From positions 1 through 52,270 of the forward strand of contig CAZGIY010000002.1 in assembly GCA_964526445.1 (NCBI GenBank): a stretch of 52,270 nucleotides of DNA, in the 5' to 3' direction. Source of the stretch: an uncultured Candidatus Poseidoniales archaeon. Its GTDB lineage: Archaea; Thermoplasmatota; Poseidoniia; Poseidoniales; Poseidoniaceae. Below the pieces are notes generated by a model. It made no database searches and was not told the DNA's origin. It saw nothing but the letters and a program-made list of their open reading frames with translations. Below are positions 9,301 to 16,402 of the stretch, piece by piece; within the stretch, counting starts at the first letter, position 1, and each line of letters starts with the position of its first letter. A program made the translations under genes and the position numbers.

Positions 9301-9823
9301 ATCTTCTAACAGAGATAGATTCGGCTGTACTGATTCAGATGGTGATGGACAAAGTGATGATTTCGATTCTTGTCCTTGGGATCCTGAAATTTGGGAATAC
9401 GACCCTAATGGAGTCATTTGCGGAATAACAGAGGACCCTTCCCAAAGTGAAGAAGAGACCAAGAGTTCAGGAACACTGATCAATAATACCAATCTCTACA
9501 TCTTAGGAGGAGTTATTGCATTCCTATTATTTGCTGTTTTGATTGCCCAGATAAGCAGGCAGGCTGCCCGTCGAAGTGGTAGAACGATGTTGACCGATCA
9601 GGCGATGGAAGTCGTCATGGCAGAGCGAGCCTCTGAAGAAGAAGAACGTCGCCAACAGTGGGTCGATTATTATGTACAGACTGGCGATTTAGCCAAGGCC
9701 AAAGAGTTGGGCTGGGAAGACCCCGCAGATCTTCCTCAATGGAAACAACATGAAATGGCTCAAGCAGCAGCAGCAGATGCTGCGATGCCGACGATGTTAG
9801 ATCTCGATGAATTAGATATCTAA
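6341..9823 (+). CDS. Type-I membrane-anchored surface protein: 7-bladed WD40-like beta-propeller plus 12 TSP3/EF-loop-like Ca-binding repeats, C-terminal TM and cytoplasmic tail
   Basis: ATG at 6341 with a hydrophobic leader 'VLPIILILLFTPFLTVVASA'. There are seven 'W/H-SPDG' blades, e.g. 'SPDGQFILTGDEDGWVRIWN'. There are 12 copies of 'DAFPxDPTQWxDxDGDGYGDN' and 7 of 'GCPDxDGDGxSD'. The TM is 'LYILGGVIAFLLFAVLIAQI'. Confidence 0.9.
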   Translation: MGVAQDSPHNIVSGPVLPIILILLFTPFLTVVASALDTDGDGVEDHLDDCPLASGDSTVDRDGCPDRDGDGTSDYNDRWTLPNTSFLEDTILSSNNDYYAVDHSPDGQFILTGDEDGWVRIWNLSTQSNVLSTQMIYDGQGREVGDVKWSPDGSLVAAAIDYGDTLGIWYANNITQQNSISVDVGSNDNPANIAWSPDSSLLAVAIGRSGNGGTNGQVKIINVSTGSQVQTLNPNGEDRFYSVDWSPDGSRIVVGGNDDMWIYDTVNWQINRSMTGTAAANINDIAWSPDGNYFATCEAWASSNSKAKMWNANTGVKVWEKTISTSCLDTDISPDGRLVAFGASWYQGDGASVKIFDVVGGGLKDVVSGPRPGGCSSGSSNNCGSVYGVSWHPDGQHLVSVHGRNDEGIYYWYADLDPDGDGYNSSDQGDGVVDAFPDDGTQWDDTDSDGYGENPAPANQPDACVSVYGTSNNDRFGCPDQDGDGYSDPDSTWTVTDGADAFVSDPEQWADADEDGYGDNYLYDEEELTELHINQRGDAFPANPHQWNDTDGDGWGDNFANASWIEVRPAEWPGALNPTATQVDTFPLDRYQWRDSDGDWVGDEPFSPRSDACPNLWGDSYEDRLGCPDSDGDAWSDPDNDWEAHPDGDADAFPNDPTQWRDTDGDGFGDNASGNNPDNCPGEAGNSWQDRHGCPDMDGDGWSNGGDAMPVDPTQWQDRDGDGYGDNANGSNPDTFPDDSTQWSDRDGDGYGDNPNGLSGDWFPDEPTQWHDFDDDGWGDNPDGVRGDACPDEEGPKPKSSSDQGNPLTRGCPDRDLDNYPDPVDKFPDDPFQWNDTDNDGWGDNQGVSNGDDCIDVPGSSSEANLQGCPDTDGDGWADTIDEFPNDSYQWKDSDGDGYGDNYIWENSTTNQTLDGYGLRIEMGDAFPNEPTQWSNVDGDFRGDNPNGIQPDYFPLVYTQLLDTDGDGYGDNFTLGAFEPDDCSWAGSSNRDRFGCTDSDGDGQSDDFDSCPWDPEIWEYDPNGVICGITEDPSQSEEETKSSGTLINNTNLYILGGVIAFLLFAVLIAQISRQAARRSGRTMLTDQAMEVVMAERASEEEERRQQWVDYYVQTGDLAKAKELGWEDPADLPQWKQHEMAQAAAADAAMPTMLDLDELDI
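7590..9400 (+). repeat. In-frame degenerate tandem modules encoding 'FPxDPxQWxDxDGDGxGDN' and 'GCPDxDGDGxSD'
   Basis: I counted 12 and 6 copies in the translated ORF within this span (a seventh GCPD motif lies near the N-terminus). The repeats cause many alternative-frame ORFs in the track. Boundaries are approximate. Confidence 0.8.
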
Positions 9824-9845
9824 CTGAATAACTTCAGTCGAAGTG

Positions 9846-9930
9846 TGGTGCCGGGGGCAGGATTTGAACCTGCGAACCACTAGGGAGAGGATCTTGAGTC
9901 CCCCGGATTTGACCGCTCTCCAACCCCGGC
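9846..9930 (-). tRNA. tRNA-Leu (anticodon CAA), class II long variable arm, genomically encoded CCA
   Basis: The reverse complement reads GCCGGGGTTGGAGAGCGGTCAAATCCGGGGGACTCAAGATCCTCTCCCTAGTGGTTCGCAGGTTCAAATCCTGCCCCCGGCACCA. Acceptor stem GCCGGGG/CCCCGGC, D stem GGA/TCC, anticodon loop CT-CAA-GA, T arm GCAGG-TTCAAAT-CCTGC. Length 85 nt. Confidence 0.85.
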
Positions 9931-9970
9931 TTGGAGGCCCCCATGCTCTATCTTTCATCAAGGCTACCCT

Positions 9971-12900
9971 CTACTCTTCTTCACGGATCATGTCGAGTTC
10001 GGGCGGTCTTGGAGGTGGAATCTCTACAATTTGCTTCACCTTTGGAGATGGCAATACTGGATTCCCCCCCCCTTCTTCCCATTCAACTTCATATTCTTCA
10101 TCTTCCGAATGTAATTGTGAACGTATCAGCATGAATACAACAAATATACAGACGATAATGACTAGACTCCCTAAGATCCATTTCATTTCGCCACCTGCTG
10201 CGTTATCGTCAATCAACGAATCTCTTACAATTCCCAGAGGAATTGGTGACATGCCTTCTTCTCCCTCGAGGCCTATGTACAATTGTTGATCTCCGAAAGA
10301 GGCTATTTCGTATTCGAAGGAGAATTGGGCAGAAAGCCCTGGTAGCAATTGAAAATCCTCTGTAATTTCCAATTCGGTTAGTTGCCCATCAGCCGCTTGA
10401 ATCAGGATTACACTAGTATTTCCTTCGAGCGTTCCAGTATTCTGCACTTGTACATCGATTGTGATTATTTCTCCAAGGCGAGGCACCCTCGGCTCTACTG
10501 AAATGTAGGTTACTTGGGGTGAGAATTTGATATAATCCCAACTTGGTCGTCGAGGTTCAGTCTTGGAACCCGGGCCAGTCAATATGTTGCCACTCAAGTC
10601 TTCTCCTTCTACCCACACCAGCAGATCATCCGAACCTCGTAATTCAACGCCCTCTAGGGTTTCACTTAGGTTGAGGATATCGTTGTATATTCCACCTGAA
10701 ATGTGGTCAACCTGTAATTCTCCTGAAGCACCGGTCAATGCCAATCCATTTCTTTCAAACTTCCAGTACAGTATCAGAGGGCCAGGCTTCATGCCGTGGT
10801 CATCGATGATTGAAAACGAAATTTGTATTCCGTCCAAAGAATCCGACCTGACTCTTAACATTGAAGTGCTGTGGAAAGATAAACGCGGAGCATCGTCATC
10901 CAATACTATTCGCAACTCCAAATCATCGATAGAGTAATTTCCCATCCCGGAGATACCGATTACTAGGTTTCCTCTATTGTTAGGGAAGTCATCTGATTTG
11001 AAAGCGAATCTAGCAAGCCCATTCTGGTTGTCCGAAAGATTTGCATTCACCACCATTTCACTTAATCCACCTAGTATCCGTGCGCTACTCGAAACGCCAT
11101 CAGGAAGATTCTGTGCGGGTATTTCTGTGCCAGCATACTTCAGCCCCCATTCAATGTCAATGATGTCTCCTGGTGCCAGAAATAATGAGTCCCCCAATAG
11201 AGTACCACTGGTCGGAACCAAATCCACCAATGACAGAACGTTCACCTCAAGTAGAGTCAATAAAGACCATTCCAGCCACTCCAAATTGGTAAGTCCAAGA
11301 CCTAGATCAGTTCCTAAGTCTTCAATTCTAAATGAAGGGATGTGCTTTGCATCACCTAATAGTTCAATACTCGACCATTTCAGTTCAAATTCAATATTTA
11401 CAGTGTATCTTGGATGTTCAGCCACAATCTCGAATATTGGCTCGCCTTGGAAGCAATCTTCGTCCCACAATATCGGAATTATCGACCAAGGGCGGTATTC
11501 TAACGCGCAGTCTACCTCTCCCTCAGTCAACGAGAAAAACACCGAATCCAAACTGTTCAATCCGTTTTCATCTTCCACAACAAAGGAGAATACATGTTTT
11601 TGTCCAGGCAATAGGAATTCTTCCTCGTGTAATTGCATCTCTACATCAGAAGCGACAACTTCAGCAGGAGTATCTTGCATTAGAATGATGGTGGCCAAGT
11701 CGTTTTCGAGCCCATATGCGCCCCCCCCATTTACTGGGATTCCAGCTAAATCCTCCGCGCTAACATATACACTGATTACGCTTTTTTCCAATGAATTATC
11801 GACATCGATGAATGGGAATTCAATGAATTCTGAAACACCTTTGTTTAACTGTACAGTCAATTCCCCATATTCACCTTCTTGCGCGATTTTATCCCCATCA
11901 TCATCCAACGTCTCTCTCCAATAATGGAGAATAAGTTCGTCACCCAGTGCGCTTTGATCAGTCACCTCAAGCCCAAGTGCCAGGGGGATATTCTTGTTCC
12001 AAACATGGCCATTTGCAGGTTGATCTCCGCTTGGAGTCATGGCGTATAAGGTGCCCAATTCTGGGCCGCCATCATCCCAGATAAATTCGGCTCCGCGAAT
12101 ACCGGTGGTCGAATCCTCGACCAAACCTTCAGGAATATCATTAGGACCTGCTTGGTGTAGATATGCTTCCAAAACCATTGGAATTTGATAAGTTAAATCG
12201 GCATCTGTTTGAGGAATGTTCAGGTTGTGGCTCCAAGCACCTTGTTCTCGGACTTCAAGAATCGTGGAAGTAGAGAAATTGCCTTGTTTAAGGAACAATT
12301 CGACTTCAGTTTCCGCTATTGGAACCCATGAGTCGACAGACCCCTCAAATCTTACTTGCCCTTCGATATAGATGTTGGAGCCGGCTGCCACGGGCCATGG
12401 ATACTCTGGGTCAAGAATGTCAGAGATTTCTCTACCGAATTGATCTTCGACACGAATGTTGACTAATTCTAAATCATTTTCTACTGCATTGCCAGCACTG
12501 AATCCAGTAGTCATAACTGCAGGCCCGAGTTCAGTTCCTACTGCATCATGTGCTTCAGTCATGAAATGAAGTTGCGGCCTATCATCCCATAGCCAAAGAG
12601 TACTCCAATACCATTCAACTTCCCAACCACCGTCTATTTGAGTGATTGTGGTGTTAGAATAATCCCACTCGATTAAACCTTGACCAAGTGGTTGTTCAAA
12701 TGAGGGATTAGAGGATTGCGGGTTAATGATTCGCATCAAAATCTCTGCAGAGTCAGTACTTTTGTGTTGGCCCAGCATCAGTTCAATCGATGTGAATTCT
12801 TCTCCGCGGAGATGTTGATGCCAAGTAACCGTTCGATATATGGTGCCGTCTGGAACCATTGCATCAGGAGTCTCTACAATCGTGTTGGTAATCATATATT

Positions 12901-15900
12901 GCCAAAGGATAGCCCCATCGATATGCACGGCACCTCCTGATGTACTGAAATTGACAGGGATTTCAATTTGTGTAGAATTCTGAATAAGCGCCTGCTCGGC
13001 TAGAATATCTGCAAGATTATTTTCATCCAAGGAGATATTTTCCATCAAGTCATACGTGAACATCATTCGATGTACTTCCAGCCTCCATATTCCTGTGAAA
13101 TTGAAGAGATGCCGAAATTCTTGGAATTCTAGGACCTGTGGAATAGTGAAATTTGTTTGAGGTCCGAACATCAACATACTCCATTCATTGATTCCTTGAT
13201 TTTGGGAACCAGTCTGACCCAGGTCTAATCCATCCCATTCGTTTTCGTATGTGGAATTATTTGCATCAGCCCCAAGATAGGTTGCGGTGAATGTGAATTG
13301 GTATGAGATGACATCCGCAACATTTGGGATGTAAGTGCTGAGATTCAGAGTGCTGTTTTCTACTACCATTGAGAGACTGGGGGAGTTCACATCATGCCTA
13401 GTTGTCAAACCATCCTTTGAGACATCAACGTGGTCAATTTCAGATTGCAGTCCGTGATGCGATATCGGGTGGCTAGTGTTGTATGGCCAAGCCCACTCCG
13501 GCTCACCATTTTCCCAACCTTTGTCACTCTGTTTGCCATCATCTCCAACATCGATAGCTGAATCATTTGCCAGTCCATGGTATCTTGCGCGCATATCGAA
13601 ACTCTCTATCCAACCGTTTGAATTAATTGTCAGAGAAACGATGACTTGCCCCATACCAGCGTTTCTTGTTTGAGTTAACGTTGTGGGTATCGATATCAAT
13701 TGTGCTTGTCCCCCAGTGCTCAGGTATACTCCGCTACATTTGCAGTTCAATTGCAATTCTTTGATTGGTCGATGTTCAACGAATGTAAATCCAAGGAATG
13801 AACTCCCACTTCCACTTGATTCCCATCTCTTGTTGCGGTAATGCCAACTTGCATAATCGGTGTTGAAGCCGAACTCAGAACCATCACTCCATTCAGAATT
13901 GACAGAGTACTTGGTCAGGTGCAGGTCTGAACCTATACTCACCTTGTCAATAACGGGTGTTAGTAATGGATCAGTGGTGAAGAGATTCAGGCGAACTTTC
14001 AACGAAGGATGAGCGGTCCAATTGATGCTTTGGAGATTCAATGGTAAACTCATATTCTCTAATATCAATAAGTCACTTTCACTCAGAATTGTTGCGGTGA
14101 CTGTAGTTCCCGCGGGTATGCTGCCTCGGATATCTAACAGGCCATAGCCCCATTCATCGGCATGAATCAGAGGGGATGTCCAATTCCCATGACTTTCAAA
14201 ATAATCGACTTCAATCCCAACATCATCCAAATACCAACCCCATTCCTCTACGTAAGTATCTGAGAAGAATGAGAACCTGAAGCGAACGTCCTGTCCTGCT
14301 AGGTGCGATACATCCGCTTTCTTGAGGGAGAATGGGTGAGCATTGAAGCACCCTGAAGGTACTAGGGAACCATCGAATATTCCTTTGAGATGTAAAGGGG
14401 AATTAGGATTGACAGTGGAATTAGTATCGTAGAAGTTATTGCTGTTCTGTCCAAAGTGAGTCCATGTATTCCCGTCATCTGTCGATACATAGACGGTTCC
14501 ACCGTCCCAATTTGGTTCGGCACACATCCAATGTTGGAAGGCCAATCGAGCACTGGCTTCGTCCGGTATGTGCATTTCAGGGCTGATAAGATGCGTCCAC
14601 ATGTTTGGCAGATATTTTCCTGAGAATTCTATTCCAGCACCATTTGAGCCACTTGGGAAGCCAGTCATTGGCCCATGTCCGGGGTATTGTCCGAAGGCCC
14701 AACCCCTGTTGCCAGTCTCTATTTCGACACTCCATCCGTCGGGCCAGAGTGGAGAGTCTTCAAACCCAAAAGCAGTCCAGGTGGGGCCATTATGTCCATG
14801 ATTTGTCACATGTTGCCATTGTTGAACAGAACCACTTGGGGAGGAGGTAGTGACGCTGTTATTGCTGGAGAAATTATCTAGCAACAACATCCGATGATTT
14901 GGCATTTGAATGTTTGAATGAAGGGTTGGGTCGTCAAGGTAAACACCCTCCCATCCACTTATTCCATATCCTCCATTGACTTGACTGTCGGTATAGACTC
15001 TGAATCTGAACCATACCTGTGATTTGTTTGTGAAGATATGAGAAACCGGCATCATGATCTGCTTGAAGCCATTTGATTCGGCATAAAACCAAACTCCGTC
15101 TACAAATACTCCGGAACCTGGAATGCCCGGTGGTGCGGAAATAAGACTCCAATTGCTACCATCAAGACTTGCCTCTACCATCAGGTTGTCATTGTTGTTT
15201 CCCTCGATATCCCAGTCTACCCACATTTCTAATTCCATAGGTGAAGTCATCCCACTAGTATTGGTTAGAATTGTGATTGCACCATCTGCATTCGCTGCAT
15301 AAGCGCCATTTAGATTTCCGTGAAACCATGAATTGGTGGGTTCTCCAGTATTACTGAGGTTGATTGCATCTATGAACCAACCCGGTCTTTCCATACTTTG
15401 TTCTGTAGTGCTAATATGGAAACGGAAACTGATAGTGCTGGCATTTTGCAGGGCGTTTAGACCGAGTTGATGATCCAATGAGTACTCGGCATGACTCCAT
15501 GCGCTAGCATTCAAGCCAACGAATGCAGGAGTCCCGTTCGAAAGATTCTGAGAGTGTCCACCTATTGGTTGTAGTTTGTTCCAACTACCATTGTCCAAGC
15601 GGGCTTCTACCCATGCCCCATCATTCACATCTACGTTCAACCAATGTTCGAAATGTAAACTGTAATTGTTCACTACTGTAGGTAGGTCCACAGAATCTAG
15701 TTGTAGCCAATCCTCTGTTCCAGCGGGCAAACCTCCAGCCTTTGTTGCAGCCGCCAATAGAATCCCTTCCGGTATGGAATTCGGGAGTGAACCATTTGCT
15801 GTGCTGATATTCAAATCACTAACCCTCCAGATATCTGATGAAGCAGTAAACCCTGTGAATTGTAATTTCAAGTCTTCAAAATTATCCACCCAACCAACAT

Positions 15901-16273
15901 TTCGATCTGGGGCGAGACTGATTTTCCCATCGAAATGGGATGTTGAAGTCAAATCATTTACTCCCATGTCCAAACTTCGATTTGCAACTCCCGATTCGAA
16001 CCAGCTCCCATTCCCCCCATCTATATCCCAATCATTGCTCACATTCATCCATCCGTCGGTTATTGTGGCATTGGCCGGAACGTTGAATCCACCACTCAGA
16101 AACGACGAATGATTTCCCTCTATTGAGGTGTTGAATCCCAAAGGATCATCACCAGAATAATTTGATTGGAACGCTACACTTGTTCCTATTAACGGAACCA
16201 TTCCTCCCAGCAAGAGGAGGAATACGATTGAGAGCGATACCCCCGTATTTCCCCTCCGCCCCCGTGTACGCAT
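9971..16273 (-). CDS. Giant (2100 aa) type-I membrane-anchored surface protein, N-glycosylation-sequon rich, with jelly-roll/MAM-like modules and a CARDB-like domain
   Basis: ATG at 16273 with signal 'VSLSIVFLLLLGGMVPLIGTSVA'. Three modules end in 'GWFIDAINL', 'GVYLDDPTL' and 'GWYLDDVGI', each preceded by '(V/Y)-x-(A/V)-S-x-D-(G/N)-(G/S)-x-W'. A CARDB-like segment 'RLGEIITIDVQVQNTGTLEGN' lies near the C-terminus. The TM is 'WILGSLVIIVCIFVVFMLI', followed by a 50-aa acidic/Pro tail. Confidence 0.85.
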   Translation of the reverse strand: MRTRGRRGNTGVSLSIVFLLLLGGMVPLIGTSVAFQSNYSGDDPLGFNTSIEGNHSSFLSGGFNVPANATITDGWMNVSNDWDIDGGNGSWFESGVANRSLDMGVNDLTSTSHFDGKISLAPDRNVGWVDNFEDLKLQFTGFTASSDIWRVSDLNISTANGSLPNSIPEGILLAAATKAGGLPAGTEDWLQLDSVDLPTVVNNYSLHFEHWLNVDVNDGAWVEARLDNGSWNKLQPIGGHSQNLSNGTPAFVGLNASAWSHAEYSLDHQLGLNALQNASTISFRFHISTTEQSMERPGWFIDAINLSNTGEPTNSWFHGNLNGAYAANADGAITILTNTSGMTSPMELEMWVDWDIEGNNNDNLMVEASLDGSNWSLISAPPGIPGSGVFVDGVWFYAESNGFKQIMMPVSHIFTNKSQVWFRFRVYTDSQVNGGYGISGWEGVYLDDPTLHSNIQMPNHRMLLLDNFSSNNSVTTSSPSGSVQQWQHVTNHGHNGPTWTAFGFEDSPLWPDGWSVEIETGNRGWAFGQYPGHGPMTGFPSGSNGAGIEFSGKYLPNMWTHLISPEMHIPDEASARLAFQHWMCAEPNWDGGTVYVSTDDGNTWTHFGQNSNNFYDTNSTVNPNSPLHLKGIFDGSLVPSGCFNAHPFSLKKADVSHLAGQDVRFRFSFFSDTYVEEWGWYLDDVGIEVDYFESHGNWTSPLIHADEWGYGLLDIRGSIPAGTTVTATILSESDLLILENMSLPLNLQSINWTAHPSLKVRLNLFTTDPLLTPVIDKVSIGSDLHLTKYSVNSEWSDGSEFGFNTDYASWHYRNKRWESSGSGSSFLGFTFVEHRPIKELQLNCKCSGVYLSTGGQAQLISIPTTLTQTRNAGMGQVIVSLTINSNGWIESFDMRARYHGLANDSAIDVGDDGKQSDKGWENGEPEWAWPYNTSHPISHHGLQSEIDHVDVSKDGLTTRHDVNSPSLSMVVENSTLNLSTYIPNVADVISYQFTFTATYLGADANNSTYENEWDGLDLGQTGSQNQGINEWSMLMFGPQTNFTIPQVLEFQEFRHLFNFTGIWRLEVHRMMFTYDLMENISLDENNLADILAEQALIQNSTQIEIPVNFSTSGGAVHIDGAILWQYMITNTIVETPDAMVPDGTIYRTVTWHQHLRGEEFTSIELMLGQHKSTDSAEILMRIINPQSSNPSFEQPLGQGLIEWDYSNTTITQIDGGWEVEWYWSTLWLWDDRPQLHFMTEAHDAVGTELGPAVMTTGFSAGNAVENDLELVNIRVEDQFGREISDILDPEYPWPVAAGSNIYIEGQVRFEGSVDSWVPIAETEVELFLKQGNFSTSTILEVREQGAWSHNLNIPQTDADLTYQIPMVLEAYLHQAGPNDIPEGLVEDSTTGIRGAEFIWDDGGPELGTLYAMTPSGDQPANGHVWNKNIPLALGLEVTDQSALGDELILHYWRETLDDDGDKIAQEGEYGELTVQLNKGVSEFIEFPFIDVDNSLEKSVISVYVSAEDLAGIPVNGGGAYGLENDLATIILMQDTPAEVVASDVEMQLHEEEFLLPGQKHVFSFVVEDENGLNSLDSVFFSLTEGEVDCALEYRPWSIIPILWDEDCFQGEPIFEIVAEHPRYTVNIEFELKWSSIELLGDAKHIPSFRIEDLGTDLGLGLTNLEWLEWSLLTLLEVNVLSLVDLVPTSGTLLGDSLFLAPGDIIDIEWGLKYAGTEIPAQNLPDGVSSSARILGGLSEMVVNANLSDNQNGLARFAFKSDDFPNNRGNLVIGISGMGNYSIDDLELRIVLDDDAPRLSFHSTSMLRVRSDSLDGIQISFSIIDDHGMKPGPLILYWKFERNGLALTGASGELQVDHISGGIYNDILNLSETLEGVELRGSDDLLVWVEGEDLSGNILTGPGSKTEPRRPSWDYIKFSPQVTYISVEPRVPRLGEIITIDVQVQNTGTLEGNTSVILIQAADGQLTELEITEDFQLLPGLSAQFSFEYEIASFGDQQLYIGLEGEEGMSPIPLGIVRDSLIDDNAAGGEMKWILGSLVIIVCIFVVFMLIRSQLHSEDEEYEVEWEEGGGNPVLPSPKVKQIVEIPPPRPPELDMIREEE

Positions 16274-16282
16274 GTGTATACC

Positions 16283-16304
16283 CGGGCCGACTTACGTCGG
16301 CCCG
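16283..16304. promoter_or_regulatory. Perfect 9-bp inverted repeat (CGGGCCGAC-TTAC-GTCGGCCCG), 10 nt upstream of the giant gene's ATG
   Basis: Read directly from the sequence: 16283-16291 pairs with 16296-16304 around a 4-nt loop. It lies in the divergent intergenic region 16274-16402. Confidence 0.5.
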
Positions 16305-16402
16305 TTGGACTTGAAACCTGTGAATAGTCGACACATCAGTATTTCTTGGTAAATTGGTGCGAGCATTCAAGGAATGGGCGCGTTGCACACTCGTCGAGAG
16401 GG

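Noticed and set aside
7188-9492. A series of alternative-frame and antisense ORFs inside the 1160-aa gene (e.g. 7398-7751, 7938-8273, 8229-8615, 8883-9206).
   Set aside because: This is the same repeat-driven artefact. The products are His/Met/Ile-rich with no motifs, and the host ORF has strong domain evidence.
4490-9823. A shared 'G-W-(T/E)-(P/D)-(E/P)' motif in the cytoplasmic tails of the two TSP3 proteins ('LMSAGWTPEQIAAH' against 'AKELGWEDPADLPQW').
   Set aside because: The match covers only 3-4 residues with different spacing and context, so it is not distinguishable from chance without more sequences.
9843-10289. A 148-aa plus-strand ORF beginning over the tRNA.
   Set aside because: It overlaps the tRNA-Leu gene and the 3' end of the giant minus-strand gene. 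Its translation is Ser-rich nonsense.
10563-16112. Plus-strand ORFs antisense to the giant gene, including a 315-aa one (10977-11924) and 148-aa ones.
   Set aside because: All are contained in a 6.3-kb uninterrupted ORF with signal peptide, domains and a TM anchor. The antisense products are Ser/Pro-rich without motifs.
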